DNA of 64,000 nt from a virus (taxonomy: Duplodnaviria; Heunggongvirae; Uroviricota; Caudoviricetes). A program made the translations under genes and the position numbers. The notes beneath the pieces are model-generated. The model searched no databases. It was not told the DNA's origin and saw nothing but the letters and a program-made list of their open reading frames with translations. The stretch spans positions 13,280 through 77,279 of the IMG/VR virus record IMGVR_UViG_3300033142_000627; one strand, 5' to 3'. Shown one piece after another: positions 17,609 through 27,678 of this stretch; the stretch's first letter is position 1; each line of letters starts with the position of its first letter.

Positions 17609-17924
17609 TTTGTTTCTTTTCCCATTTGTCCAGTTTTGTTTGGAACATCTCTACGGCCGCTTCTTCAAGAATATCATTATCCATTGTGACAGCGTTCATA
17701 ATATCCATAGCGACATTAATAACATCACAAGTTTCCTCGATAATATCAAAGGCGCTGCCAGAAGCTGATACTGAGGTATTCTTTGCGCCGTCATACTTTA
17801 GAAACGCTTGAGCAAGTTCTCCAGATTCTTCTTGTAGTTTGATAATCTTTTGATATAAAGGAACATCTTTGTCAGCGATACTTAGATAGTGAACCCTTTC
17901 TTCATCAATATAATCTCTATCCAT
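17589..17924 (-). CDS. MazG-like nucleotide pyrophosphohydrolase
   Basis: EESGELAQAF helix and an all-alpha acidic composition. Confidence 0.5.
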   Translation of the reverse strand: MDRDYIDEERVHYLSIADKDVPLYQKIIKLQEESGELAQAFLKYDGAKNTSVSASGSAFDIIEETCDVINVAMDIMNAVTMDNDILEEAAVEMFQTKLDKWEKKQNDRLAK

Positions 17925-18129
17925 CGTTTTTATCTCCTTTCCAGGCCGTGATTAGAATCTTTAAAGGCAACCAAAGCGGCGCAGTCAATAGACTCCATTT
18001 AATAAAAAAGAACATCAGATAGAACATGAACGGAATCAAGAATGGTATGTATAACCACGGACTAGAAAAGACCGCAACATCAAACAACCAAAAACTAACT
18101 AGTACATCTATTACTTCGTTCATTACCAA
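17917..18129 (-). CDS. Small membrane protein (70 aa)
   Basis: Two hydrophobic helices. Confidence 0.4.
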   Translation of the reverse strand: MVMNEVIDVLVSFWLFDVAVFSSPWLYIPFLIPFMFYLMFFFIKWSLLTAPLWLPLKILITAWKGDKNDG

Positions 18130-18656
18130 CTCACCTCGATACGATATTCTCCCTTAGGAAGAACACCAGCATTAACAAGATAATTCATATATGCTCGAGC
18201 CTTGTAATGCAACTTTGATACATCTTCGATTTCGCCAAGGTCGTATTGGTCCAAATGACCATCGCCTCTGAACATATGACTTGAATCGTTGCCCCATTCT
18301 TCATAGGCAATGACTTCATAATTTTTTACGCCAGGAACATGTTTGTTCACCAACATATCGAAATCGTCATAGTCGAGAACGAAACATTTTTCTTCTTCGA
18401 CATTAAAAGGAACGATCGGTTCAATGGCCTTCAAGAACGCAATCTCATGAATCATCTTTTCCAAGATTTCATCGTATGTAATGACACCGGTTCTGACAGC
18501 ATTATCAAATCCATCAGTACCTAGGTCTTCATCTTCCTTTCGGTCGTAATAGAATAGGTTACCGAATGAATCTCCGATAGTATCTAAAATGTGTTGTTTA
18601 AGGTTTTTTGACATTATTTCTTCTCCAGAAATGTTTCGATAAATTTTGTTTTCCAA
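18123..18656 (-). CDS. Hypothetical acidic protein (177 aa)
   Basis: Packed ORF. Confidence 0.5.
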   Translation of the reverse strand: MENKIYRNISGEEIMSKNLKQHILDTIGDSFGNLFYYDRKEDEDLGTDGFDNAVRTGVITYDEILEKMIHEIAFLKAIEPIVPFNVEEEKCFVLDYDDFDMLVNKHVPGVKNYEVIAYEEWGNDSSHMFRGDGHLDQYDLGEIEDVSKLHYKARAYMNYLVNAGVLPKGEYRIEVSW

Positions 18657-18856
18657 GTTCTCTTAAACTCGATAGAAATAACGTTCCGCGGATTGTAAAT
18701 CTTCGTACCTATTTTAATATGGGCCAATTCTGTGATACGATTGGCCATATCATAGAATGGGTCAGCTTCGTCAGAATCAACAACAACAGAAACAGAATTA
18801 TTGTTACCGAGAGCGACCAGTGTAATTTTGTAAGTCTTTTTCATTTTCTCTCTCAT
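18614..18856 (-). CDS. Hypothetical protein (80 aa)
   Basis: Packed ORF. Confidence 0.4.
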   Translation of the reverse strand: MREKMKKTYKITLVALGNNNSVSVVVDSDEADPFYDMANRITELAHIKIGTKIYNPRNVISIEFKRTWKTKFIETFLEKK

Positions 18857-19028
18857 TTCAATGTTTTAAATTTGCGGCGTGTACGGGTAAAGAATAGTGG
18901 TTTCTTGAACATCTTCCACTCTGTCTCTCCTCTACGCAGAAAACCGATAAGTCGTCCACCTCCATTCAACATGTAGGTATGGTTAGCGAATTCCCAATCA
19001 GTGATTTCTTGAATTACTTTGTTCATAT

Positions 19029-19310
19029 CTATTCTCTAGTACAGGCAATATATCCTGCTTCATCAACGGTTAACGTTCTTGTCACACCATCATAATCAAC
19101 CAACGAGAATCTATGATAGTTGTTGTATTTTATAACATCAAACAAAGTTTCCTCACTATAACCGAATGTGGTACCATCGTTGTTGTTAATACAATCCCAT
19201 CTATCGTATGCCGCTGGAGGCAATCTTGGAGGTTCAAACTCGGTCGGTTCATCAGTAGTACAACCCATTGTGATGGATATAATAACCGCCAGTAAAAGTT
19301 TAACCTTCAA
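19029..19310 (-). CDS. Small lipoprotein (93 aa; lipobox TMGC)
   Basis: Signal peptide and Cys lipobox. Confidence 0.5.
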   Translation of the reverse strand: MKVKLLLAVIISITMGCTTDEPTEFEPPRLPPAAYDRWDCINNNDGTTFGYSEETLFDVIKYNNYHRFSLVDYDGVTRTLTVDEAGYIACTRE

Positions 19311-19764
19311 TGGTCAATGGTCCAGTAAGAATCTGGGCACCGGTCTCGGAAAGTTCAATCTCTTCTTGATTGGTGACATCCGCAGCGTTGCATAGACGTA
19401 CCAATTTTTTCAGATTTTGTACACGTTCCTCTCGGTACATATAATCAGAACGCCAACCATTAATATTCCTTGCGTGATAGTGATGACCTTTTAGTTTGTC
19501 TTTACGGTCAAGCCACGCTACTGCTTCTTCATCAGTAACAGTGACATCTAACTCAGCAAGGGGAATCAACCACAACAGTTTAGCCCATTTTCTCATTTGA
19601 GTTTTTGCGCCGGCGATCATTGCTTCATCTACACCGGCCCGGACATCACGAATTCTATTCATTTCTTCCATGGCCTTCTCGCGCACATATCGAACTGGTA
19701 CTCTTGTTGTTGCTAACATATTAAACTCCACAAAAATATAAAATAGAAAAGAACACACAACCAA
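19300..19764 (-). CDS. Hypothetical protein (154 aa)
   Basis: Packed ORF. Confidence 0.45.
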   Translation of the reverse strand: MVVCSFLFYIFVEFNMLATTRVPVRYVREKAMEEMNRIRDVRAGVDEAMIAGAKTQMRKWAKLLWLIPLAELDVTVTDEEAVAWLDRKDKLKGHHYHARNINGWRSDYMYREERVQNLKKLVRLCNAADVTNQEEIELSETGAQILTGPLTIEG

Positions 19765-19830
19765 TCAGTATTGTCAATGACAACCACACGACTGGGTGTT
19801 TAACAGGTACTTCCAACAAATCATCAATAT

Positions 19831-20028
19831 TCATCGTGGAGTCCTTATCATATAAATCTTAGAAAATTCCAGAGCAAGTTTTTCGTCTTTAAGATCATAG
19901 ATGAAATAATCAATCATCTCTACCAACTGGTCTTGTGAGAATCCTTGAACCTGTCGAAACGCTTGGTCACGTTGACCGTTACGGATAGAATCACAAACAC
20001 CATCATACTCACTTCGCATCGAATACAT
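19831..20028 (-). CDS. Hypothetical protein (65 aa)
   Basis: Packed ORF. Confidence 0.4.
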   Translation of the reverse strand: MYSMRSEYDGVCDSIRNGQRDQAFRQVQGFSQDQLVEMIDYFIYDLKDEKLALEFSKIYMIRTPR

Positions 20029-20387
20029 TATTTCTTCTCCAATTTAGGTGTACGGTCATTGTCAATACGTTCTTGACAAGGCATAGACAAAACGCCGAGT
20101 TGGAACGATGCAGGCATCCCGGACGTTGATTCGCCAACAAAACAATCTTTGTACTCGGTACGTCCATCCTTATATGTGATTAACATTGTAGGAGTCGCCC
20201 AAATAGAACCATCGATTCCACCGATAAGCAAATCTTTATCATCAAAGTCTAATATGATTCGTGAATCTTCATAGGCGGATTCAGCAGTCCAAAACCAATC
20301 TTCAATCAAACCAATAGACACAGACTCTACTACATCCGAGTGCATCTGAATCCACTTCTTTATTGCTTTGTAATCATATGTTTTCAT
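20028..20387 (-). CDS. Hypothetical protein (119 aa)
   Basis: Packed ORF. Confidence 0.45.
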   Translation of the reverse strand: MKTYDYKAIKKWIQMHSDVVESVSIGLIEDWFWTAESAYEDSRIILDFDDKDLLIGGIDGSIWATPTMLITYKDGRTEYKDCFVGESTSGMPASFQLGVLSMPCQERIDNDRTPKLEKK

Positions 20388-20390
20388 AAT

Positions 20391-20588
20391 TCACATCCAA
20401 TATACATTCATTCGACCTTGAGTACTGGCCTGATAGTCAGCATTGTATTCATCACTAAGATGTTCCTTAATTGAACCAATAGTAGTAGAAACTTTCTCTT
20501 GTTTCGCCTCTGGGTACTCAAATAGTTTTTGACGCAGGCGCCTCTTGGTACTCTCAAGTTGTGCTCTACGTTTATTAGTAAAATACAT
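20391..20588 (-). CDS. Hypothetical protein (65 aa)
   Basis: Packed ORF. Confidence 0.4.
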   Translation of the reverse strand: MYFTNKRRAQLESTKRRLRQKLFEYPEAKQEKVSTTIGSIKEHLSDEYNADYQASTQGRMNVYWM

Positions 20589-20736
20589 TATTCTTTCTCC
20601 GCTAACGATTCAGCAAGATCATCAATAATATTGATAACACGATCTCTGATTTCTTCAACATCATTAACCTTATAGACATACTCAAAATAATCATCAATCT
20701 GATTGATTGCTTTGGCATATTTCTCAAGTTTAGTCA

Positions 20737-20931
20737 TTACTTGGCTTTCGCTTGTTTGATAAGACACTTTTTAGAGTTCTCTTTACAATCAGAAAGAGGA
20801 CATTTGAAACACAACTTTTCAAGGTCGGTCAACTCATAAGAAACATTATCACGAATCTTGTTACCATCTTCGTCATACTTAGGGTAGTTGCCGTAGATAG
20901 GGTCTGTTTGAATATTAATATAATCGTTCAT
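20737..20931 (-). CDS. Hypothetical protein (64 aa from the MNDYINIQ start)
   Basis: ATG at 20931 with a GAGAGA SD. The listed 20958 start is a TTG. Confidence 0.4.
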   Translation of the reverse strand: MNDYINIQTDPIYGNYPKYDEDGNKIRDNVSYELTDLEKLCFKCPLSDCKENSKKCLIKQAKAK

Positions 20932-20970
20932 GTTTTTAATCTCTCTCTCTTTTCTCAATCAATACGGATC

Positions 20971-21039
20971 ATTATACAGGTATCTCACCCAATGACAACC
21001 ATTATTTTCGATTTTACCACTGAATGTTTCTATAGTGGT
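20971..21039 (-). promoter_or_regulatory. PeSL-like cassette 6 (TTGTCA-16-TATAAT plus an ACCACT/AGTGGT stem-loop)
   Basis: -10 at 20971-20976, -35 at 20993-20998, hairpin at 21016-21039. Confidence 0.55.
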
Positions 21040-21050
21040 ATAAATTCTGC

Positions 21051-21509
21051 TTATGATTTGTTCTTGTAGAAAATATGGTCGCCAATCTGTATAGTTTTCA
21101 ACAACTTATGACGCCAGATTGGTTTTGAGTAGTAGGCGTGGTAGAACAGCGCTCCCTCGGTCTTATCTTCAACGTTGTAGTAGTTAATCAAAAAGACTTC
21201 CGCAACCGTCCTGGCGACAATCCAGTAAGTCTGATCCTTCGGAGTGTCAGATAATCCGTCCCAATACCATGAAAATTGCGCTGGTTGCTTCACCACACTA
21301 CAGATTGTGTTGGGAAACTTGCTGGAAACCATTCTATTGATGGTGACAGACGCTACCGCATACATTCCTTCTACTGGTTGATTTCTCGCCTCGAAATAGA
21401 TGTTCTTCGCTAGGCAGTCTAGTTCAGATGACCGAATCACCATTGACGGCTCTGCATAAGAATTTCCTATACCAGCCAAAATCAATAGTATTGCACCTAT
21501 TGACTTCAT
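21051..21509 (-). CDS. Secreted SleB-like cell-wall hydrolase (Hydrolase_2 domain)
   Basis: Signal peptide. NIYFEARNQPVEG...VASVTINR motif. Confidence 0.55.
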   Translation of the reverse strand: MKSIGAILLILAGIGNSYAEPSMVIRSSELDCLAKNIYFEARNQPVEGMYAVASVTINRMVSSKFPNTICSVVKQPAQFSWYWDGLSDTPKDQTYWIVARTVAEVFLINYYNVEDKTEGALFYHAYYSKPIWRHKLLKTIQIGDHIFYKNKS

Positions 21510-21667
21510 TCTTCCGTCTCAAAGTATACCAATACCACAGAACCGTCACGAACAGACAGGCTAGCATCTTCTCCGTACTCTTCCAAGAGTTCATTGAGGT
21601 CTTCTATCACATATTTTAGGTCTCCGGAGATGCGGATGAGTTTTTCTTTTCTAACTATGTTAGACAT
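21506..21667 (-). CDS. Small acidic protein (53 aa)
   Basis: Hand-translated ORF coupled by ATGA and TAATG overlaps on both sides. Confidence 0.35.
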   Translation of the reverse strand: MSNIVRKEKLIRISGDLKYVIEDLNELLEEYGEDASLSVRDGSVVLVYFETEE

Positions 21668-21873
21668 TACACATACTCCAAATCAACAGAAGGATCATTA
21701 GGAACAGTAACTAAAATTGTATCTTTTGTGAGGGTGTCCACCACAGTGGCCTCAAGTGAAGTGCCGTACTTAGCACGTACAGATTTGAATACGACTAAGG
21801 AGGTGAGACCGAAACGACTCAACCACAGTTTGGTACCTGATTTAAGGTTCCATAGTTCATTCATATCAATCAT
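21667..21873 (-). CDS. Hypothetical protein (68 aa)
   Basis: Packed ORF. Confidence 0.4.
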   Translation of the reverse strand: MIDMNELWNLKSGTKLWLSRFGLTSLVVFKSVRAKYGTSLEATVVDTLTKDTILVTVPNDPSVDLEYV

Positions 21874-21876
21874 TTC

Positions 21877-22038
21877 TTATCTCCCAAATACACTACCAAA
21901 TGCAGAATCAACGCCCATATTCCACGCATCTCTTTCGAAAGACGACCAGAAGGGACAACTCAATGGCCAGAATGGGTGCGAAGCAGCAGTACGACCTGCT
22001 TGAAACGCTCTGACTTCTCGACCAATTATTGGATTCAT
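21877..22038 (-). CDS. Small protein (53 aa)
   Basis: Hand-translated ORF. First gene after cassette 7. Confidence 0.35.
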   Translation of the reverse strand: MNPIIGREVRAFQAGRTAASHPFWPLSCPFWSSFERDAWNMGVDSAFGSVFGR

Positions 22039-22068
22039 CTTTTCTCTCACTCAACTCAATTTAGGTGT

Positions 22069-22155
22069 CCATTATACAGGTATGTGGAACACCGGCAACC
22101 AGCTAACGTAAGTATTTGAAATGATTGTGCTTATGGGCGTATAAGAAGAACTTAT
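22069..22155 (-). promoter_or_regulatory. PeSL-like cassette 7 (stem-loop, 28-nt box, TTGCCG-16-TATAAT)
   Basis: -10 at 22071-22076, -35 at 22093-22098, box at 22107-22134, ATAAG-N5-CTTAT hairpin at 22141-22155. Confidence 0.6.
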
Positions 22156-22376
22156 GTCTTCTCCCTGACATCATTCTGATTGACCACTCTCATTTCTGTA
22201 CGGTCAGAGATATCATCATAAAAACTTATGTAGTATTCATCTGGGTCGGTGTATGTATCAAGAATCTCACAGTCAACATAGAAAGAAGCGGCCATTACTG
22301 ACCATAGATATTCGTATTGTTTGTCCATATTATCTTCTCTTTGTTGGTTCAGTTTTGAAAGCATACTTGTGACCAA
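22152..22376 (-). CDS. Hypothetical acidic protein (74 aa)
   Basis: Packed ORF. Confidence 0.4.
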   Translation of the reverse strand: MVTSMLSKLNQQREDNMDKQYEYLWSVMAASFYVDCEILDTYTDPDEYYISFYDDISDRTEMRVVNQNDVREKT

Positions 22377-23094
22377 ATCCTTTTTGATTCTTCATATCAG
22401 CATCCGAGATTGTGGTCATTCTAGGGGATTTCCCACCCATAACACCAGAGATATACATATCAAGTTCTTGGTATGCGGAATATGGGTCCTTTGCTTGAGC
22501 GAATCCATAATCCTTTAACCTAGGATTCTTCACAACAGTTTTCTGATTGCCGCGGTATCCTCCAGTTTTACACTGACGACTAACAATCATGAATACAGGA
22601 GCATCAAGTTGAAAATGAATATCATCATCGGTCTTTTGTTCATTAAAGAAGTTTGTGATTCTCTCAAGCGTCTTGACAGAATTTCTCTTATATCCGTGTC
22701 TTCTTGCCCAACCGTTAAGATATTCTCTTTCTTCTTCGATATTTTTACTATCGATATAGTGGTCGAGTTCATCTAAAGAATAATGAGTCTTTAGTATAGG
22801 TCCGCCGAGTTGATGCGATGGCCTAGGAATAGATGTCAACAAACCATTGTATCTTTGTCCGCAGAAGAACACAGAGAAACCTTCTTCAATCTCTACGCCT
22901 CTATACTTGTCAACACCAGAAAGATAACCCACCGTATCTTCGCGCCAAGAACTGTAAGATGCCCGGCGATAGTAGTCATTGATGATTTTTTGGTCAACAA
23001 GTTCTTCTTCTTTTCTGATATAGACTACAGTTTGGTCCTGACCGTAGGCCTGAATCGAATCATAGTAATCTTGAAATTTTGAGATGATACGCAT
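22330..23094 (-). CDS. Hypothetical protein (254 aa)
   Basis: Long ORF with no recognised motif. Confidence 0.5.
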   Translation of the reverse strand: MRIISKFQDYYDSIQAYGQDQTVVYIRKEEELVDQKIINDYYRRASYSSWREDTVGYLSGVDKYRGVEIEEGFSVFFCGQRYNGLLTSIPRPSHQLGGPILKTHYSLDELDHYIDSKNIEEEREYLNGWARRHGYKRNSVKTLERITNFFNEQKTDDDIHFQLDAPVFMIVSRQCKTGGYRGNQKTVVKNPRLKDYGFAQAKDPYSAYQELDMYISGVMGGKSPRMTTISDADMKNQKGFGHKYAFKTEPTKRR

Positions 23095-23103
23095 TGTTAT
23101 TTC

Positions 23104-23361
23104 CTAATTAATGCAAACGACCTGTTCTGTTGTTGGGATTTCATACCCATCATTGTGCCACTCTTCGGCCATTTCGTTATAATTTTCTTCGCTTTCGTAT
23201 TCGCCATCGTCTTCCATCAGACGATACTTTGATGGTCCATAACCCACTTCTTGATAACCATTGCCCTCATCATCCCTTGAATAGATAACTTTCATATCTA
23301 ATGCCTCAGGATTCTCTTTGACAAACTCATTCAGTTGTTCAATATATTTACTCAGTTTCAT
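23104..23361 (-). CDS. Hypothetical acidic protein (85 aa)
   Basis: Packed ORF. Confidence 0.4.
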   Translation of the reverse strand: MKLSKYIEQLNEFVKENPEALDMKVIYSRDDEGNGYQEVGYGPSKYRLMEDDGEYESEENYNEMAEEWHNDGYEIPTTEQVVCIN

Positions 23362-23581
23362 CTTCTATTCTCTCTATGGTTTTAATCATGTGGGGCATAA
23401 TGTAATACTTACGCATACTGTCAATACTAGCCATGTCAAATTTGTCATCGACCCAAAAACCAGACAGAATGTATTCGATATCACCGGTATAGATTGCCCA
23501 TCCATGTTTGGTGTAAATAGTCTTTGCCCAACACTTCTCAATACCAAACGTAATTCTAAATCTTGATCTCATAATGGCCAA
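23348..23581 (-). CDS. Hypothetical protein (77 aa)
   Basis: Packed ORF. Confidence 0.4.
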   Translation of the reverse strand: MAIMRSRFRITFGIEKCWAKTIYTKHGWAIYTGDIEYILSGFWVDDKFDMASIDSMRKYYIMPHMIKTIERIEDETE

Positions 23582-23799
23582 AACCTCTTTATCTTTCTCA
23601 ATCTCTCGTCAGGAGAATCCTTCCAAGATTGTTCCATTGTAACTGGCCGAGCAAATAACCATTGTTCATGACCACACCATCTACAATACCGTTTGGCATA
23701 ATTGACACCATGTTCTTCCTCGCCTTCGTCACAGCGATGTTCATACTTGTGAACATGAGGTATCAAACGATTAAGTTTGTGCCATAGATTAGACATCAT
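23569..23799 (-). CDS. Hypothetical His/Cys-rich protein (76 aa)
   Basis: Packed ORF. Confidence 0.4.
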   Translation of the reverse strand: MMSNLWHKLNRLIPHVHKYEHRCDEGEEEHGVNYAKRYCRWCGHEQWLFARPVTMEQSWKDSPDERLRKIKRFWPL

Positions 23800-24001
23800 A
23801 GTATTTGATCGTTCTCTTAATAAAGTGTTTGTTAATCCACTCTTGCGCCGAAGATTCGCTGTAACTAATCATTGATGTTGGATTCTGTCCGGGTATATAT
23901 ACTACCTGAATATTTTCCCACCACCATAGAACTTTCTTTTGGGGGTAAAAACTACTGTCGCCGTTTCCATCAACAATCTTTTTAATTCTGTATTTACTCA
24001 T
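23789..24001 (-). CDS. Hypothetical protein (70 aa)
   Basis: Packed ORF. Confidence 0.4.
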   Translation of the reverse strand: MSKYRIKKIVDGNGDSSFYPQKKVLWWWENIQVVYIPGQNPTSMISYSESSAQEWINKHFIKRTIKYYDV

Positions 24002-24311
24002 CTTCGTATTTGATACTGATGTTGTAGTTCATTAAATCTGAATCAGGCATAGAAAATCCTGATGTCACCTCTGTGCCATCTCCGCACCAAATTGGTGTAG
24101 GCATTTCCCACGGCGCGGGTACCAGACCTGGTCCATAGAAATCGTTTTTAGGAGGATAATTAGGAAAGATTGGTGTATAGTCTTTCACAATTACAGGTTC
24201 AATCACCGGTTTCAATGCATAGAAGATTGTCTTCCACTCCTCATATGATAATGTAATCTCTTTACCATCATCATCAATGGTGATTGTAATTTCTTTAATG
24301 CCTTTATTCAT
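23994..24311 (-). CDS. Hypothetical protein (105 aa)
   Basis: Packed ORF. Confidence 0.45.
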   Translation of the reverse strand: MNKGIKEITITIDDDGKEITLSYEEWKTIFYALKPVIEPVIVKDYTPIFPNYPPKNDFYGPGLVPAPWEMPTPIWCGDGTEVTSGFSMPDSDLMNYNISIKYEDE

Positions 24312-24897
24312 TGGTAAACCTCTCGATATTTCCTAAACTGGTGATTTCATCGTCTGACAAGTTAAGTTCTACACAATCCAATGTTTCTAGTAGACTAGCA
24401 GAATCTTTAAAGTCTTTTATATTCTTTATGACATCATCGTATCTAACTAATCTTCTAATGATGTTTTGATATTGGTTATTATAGAAATATTCACCAGTAG
24501 GCAGACTCTCAATATCAAGTGTTCCTTGTATATATTGTTTTGTTGTGTTCCATTCTCTACGAAAATCTTCCTTATTCCGTTTTATAATGGCAACTTCATC
24601 TTCAATATTGCGAGCCGGCATATCATTCATATACATAGGAGTACAATTATGTAGGAACCGTTTAAATTTGTTCTTGAATTTCTTGTACTCAGGATTAGGT
24701 ATCCATGGTCTGTTGTAGTATGAACCCCGACTTTTAAGACCCTCAAATCTATCATAAGACCGGAAAACACGTCCATCCAATTCTCTACTCAAGAATGTAT
24801 TGTGTTGTTCTTTGAGTTCGTTGTATTCTTTTTCGATTTTGCTCAGATAGTAATTTGTAAACTCGAGCAACTTCTTTGATGATGTTATTGCTTCCAC
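24304..24897 (-). CDS. Hypothetical protein (197 aa)
   Basis: Packed ORF. Confidence 0.5.
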   Translation of the reverse strand: MEAITSSKKLLEFTNYYLSKIEKEYNELKEQHNTFLSRELDGRVFRSYDRFEGLKSRGSYYNRPWIPNPEYKKFKNKFKRFLHNCTPMYMNDMPARNIEDEVAIIKRNKEDFRREWNTTKQYIQGTLDIESLPTGEYFYNNQYQNIIRRLVRYDDVIKNIKDFKDSASLLETLDCVELNLSDDEITSLGNIERFTNE

Positions 24898-24984
24898 TAT
24901 TTTATCCTATGTAATGTTGTACTAATACAATTGATGTACCTACGGCAAAGCAGATACTACCGGCGAGATAGAACCAATAAGGCA

Positions 24985-25203
24985 TCATTTGAATGAATAC
25001 CACTCGGTCGTAGGTTTGTCCATATCACTTGGCTTTGGATTATTAATCAACCATTGTTCCCAATCTTCTCTTGAATATCCATTACTGGTTACTTTTCCAT
25101 TACAACAGCCCATGCAACCACATACACTTGCTGTACACCAGCGCCACTTAGATGACATAGGCACAGTCATCATCACATCGTTTATTGTCGGTCTCTTATC
25201 CAT
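24985..25203 (-). CDS. Hypothetical Cys-rich protein (72 aa)
   Basis: CTASVCGCMGCC cluster. Confidence 0.4.
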   Translation of the reverse strand: MDKRPTINDVMMTVPMSSKWRWCTASVCGCMGCCNGKVTSNGYSREDWEQWLINNPKPSDMDKPTTEWYSFK

Positions 25204-25478
25204 TAAGATTTTCCTTTCCTATATTCGATCTCACATAATTCTCCAGGCAACATCTTGTAACGTTTTGAACCGTCAAGAACAACACCGTTTTCAAGGCCAA
25301 TAGAATAACCTCTTGTCCATTCTGTAGTATAGTTGTCACAGACAATTCTCGATTCTCTTGAAATCATATCATCATAAACAACAACAGAGGACCACATCAT
25401 ATAGACAAGCATCGAAATTGTTCCAATAGAAAACGTTATCCAAAAAGTATCCCAGAATCGATCACTATTTGTTCTCAA
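25203..25478 (-). CDS. Small membrane protein (91 aa)
   Basis: N-terminal TM helix. Confidence 0.4.
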   Translation of the reverse strand: MRTNSDRFWDTFWITFSIGTISMLVYMMWSSVVVYDDMISRESRIVCDNYTTEWTRGYSIGLENGVVLDGSKRYKMLPGELCEIEYRKGKS

Positions 25479-26349
25479 GACTATTCTCCCAGTTCTCTTT
25501 CATACGTTCTTGAAGCATTGCAGCAACAACCTTGCTCAAAGGACCACAAATAGACCTACGGTTATCTTCTTGACCTTCGTTCTCTTTGATGAAATCTTCC
25601 CAAGCGTCTTCAATGATGCCTTTGATATAAACACCAAGTTGCTTCTTGTCCTCAATCTCACCTTCTTTTGAGATGAACGAAAGCATCCTATTCTCATTCA
25701 CGAATGGGAACATAGGATTGTCCTCGATAGGAGTGATAACCCTTGGCTTCTTCTTCGAGTTGTCCTTCTCGGAAAACTTCTTAGACTTCAGCTTGATGGT
25801 CATTGGATTACCAAAACGGTCAATCATCACATCATTGTAACCAGTGATAACAATTCCTTCGGCAGGATGTTTCTCATCAATCAACAGAGTGTCGAAATCC
25901 TCCACATCAAACTCAATAGCTTCTTTGAGAGTCATTCTTCCTATTTCCGAATGAACAAGTTCTGGGTATCCAATAGCGGTCATGTAGATAGCGAATTGTT
26001 GTTTGCTCTGTAGAACACCATCAATTGTCATGGCGTAGAAAAGTACCCGAGCATCTCCGTAGGGGATACGTTTCAGAATCTTACTAGAGAACACCTCCCC
26101 GTAGATATTGACGTTCTTGTGTAATGACATCACTTTGTTGATGAACTCTTGTGGTACAAGTTCACCAAGATTATTCCATGTTGGATCAACCTTCTGATTT
26201 CGTGACGCAAAACTCCAATCAGCATCTCTCACACAAAGAGACATATTAGAACCGTCGATCTTCTCAGAGATTGATACCATGGCGTTCATGTGTTCGTGTG
26301 ATAGAACTGTTGAATGTAGATTGTCCAAACTATTGAATTTAATAAACAA
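25465..26349 (-). CDS. rnlB: RNA ligase 2 (Rnl2-like)
   Basis: N-terminus MFIKFNSLDNLHS matches T4 Rnl2 MFKKYSSLENHYNS. Motif I EKIDGSN. Confidence 0.8.
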   Translation of the reverse strand: MFIKFNSLDNLHSTVLSHEHMNAMVSISEKIDGSNMSLCVRDADWSFASRNQKVDPTWNNLGELVPQEFINKVMSLHKNVNIYGEVFSSKILKRIPYGDARVLFYAMTIDGVLQSKQQFAIYMTAIGYPELVHSEIGRMTLKEAIEFDVEDFDTLLIDEKHPAEGIVITGYNDVMIDRFGNPMTIKLKSKKFSEKDNSKKKPRVITPIEDNPMFPFVNENRMLSFISKEGEIEDKKQLGVYIKGIIEDAWEDFIKENEGQEDNRRSICGPLSKVVAAMLQERMKENWENSLENK

Positions 26350-26361
26350 TGTTATAGTTCC

Positions 26362-26709
26362 TTAATATTTGAATGTAATGCCGAGTTGATAGTTATGTAA
26401 TACACCGACCAATTTAACAGATGCATTTATACCATACCACATATTCTTTTGGTTACCCATAAACTTTTCACCAATTATATTAGTTGCTAATAGAACCAAT
26501 ATGAAATGATTGTTAACTCTTCGTAATGTTGGGTCTTTTCCTATAAGAGGATTTGCTTCATAGTAATTGGGATTGTTCACGACTTGTCTAGTCTGAATCC
26601 AATCAGCAACTATTAGTGTATTTGCTGATACTCGATACCAGTTGATATCATCCTTTGCAAATGCCGAGGCCGACAAAAATAGACCAATTACAATAATGAG
26701 AACTCTCAT
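26362..26709 (-). CDS. Secreted protein (115 aa, signal peptide)
   Basis: N-terminal signal peptide ending in ASAFA. Confidence 0.5.
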   Translation of the reverse strand: MRVLIIVIGLFLSASAFAKDDINWYRVSANTLIVADWIQTRQVVNNPNYYEANPLIGKDPTLRRVNNHFILVLLATNIIGEKFMGNQKNMWYGINASVKLVGVLHNYQLGITFKY

Positions 26710-26736
26710 TCACTATCTCCAACTCAATTTATGGTC

Positions 26737-26766
26737 CCATTATACAGGTGTGACCAATGGAGTCAA
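26737..26766 (-). promoter_or_regulatory. Early promoter cassette 8 (TTGACT-16-TATAAT)
   Basis: -10 at 26739-26744, -35 at 26761-26766, with the conserved leader. Confidence 0.6.
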
Positions 26767-26935
26767 CCACTTATGCACAAAAGTTTTCTATATGGTCATT
26801 AAACTGGCTTATTGTCTTTCTGCCGTTGCTTTATGACTCTTCTGAGTGTTGCCAACTTCTCATCGATGATTGGGTCCATCTTTTTGAATATCTCAGCAAT
26901 CGCCTCTGATATTGATTGTTTTTCTTTATCGTTAC

Positions 26936-27238
26936 TCATAGATTTGCCGATAATCGCACAGCGAGTTTCATGCCTTCGTCACTTGGTTCGAATCGTGCGA
27001 TAGGAGATATACCAGTTTCGGAGAAATGAGGGTCAAGATTTGATTGTTCTGTATATTTACCTTTGTACACCATGATTTTCACACCTTCGTAGTTTGTACA
27101 GTCGTGGTACTTTACCTTCATCAGATAGGCATTGTTGAACTCAAGAAGTTTCAACAGAGTCCATCTATCGGGACTAGGATTAGGAGCAGGTTGGTCACAA
27201 TTCACTGAACAGGTACCGCCGAACATTCTCATTCCCAT
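26936..27238 (-). CDS. Hypothetical protein (100 aa)
   Basis: Packed ORF. Confidence 0.45.
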   Translation of the reverse strand: MGMRMFGGTCSVNCDQPAPNPSPDRWTLLKLLEFNNAYLMKVKYHDCTNYEGVKIMVYKGKYTEQSNLDPHFSETGISPIARFEPSDEGMKLAVRLSANL

Positions 27239-27282
27239 CTACTTTTCTCCTAGATATTCAAGAAGAGCATCTTTGTGGGTCA

Positions 27283-27678
27283 TTACTCTACCTCACAGAT
27301 ACCGGCGCAACCGCCGTTGTAGTAATAGAACACTTTTAATTTCCATTCGAAATGTTCTGGGTCAGCAAGAAATTTCTTTTCGAATTTCTTCAGCACATCA
27401 TCAACCATTTCTTTTGTGATGTCAATGTCTATGCCGCGGTCATCGGTATCATTAAACATATAGTCAATGTACATCACGTTATTAGGAAAGTTTACAGTGA
27501 AACCATCATTAAACTTTGGGTAGTAAACGAAATAATCTAGTTCGTAATCATCTCCACCATCAACCTCGTCGGCCGATTTCTTGAACCACTTCTGAGCAAT
27601 TTCATAGTGGTAACCTTTATCAGCAATCAGTCGTTCAATCTTGAATCTGACCGCGACCTGTAATTGCATTGAACTCAT
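27283..27678 (-). CDS. Hypothetical protein (131 aa)
   Basis: Packed ORF. Confidence 0.45.
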   Translation of the reverse strand: MSSMQLQVAVRFKIERLIADKGYHYEIAQKWFKKSADEVDGGDDYELDYFVYYPKFNDGFTVNFPNNVMYIDYMFNDTDDRGIDIDITKEMVDDVLKKFEKKFLADPEHFEWKLKVFYYYNGGCAGICEVE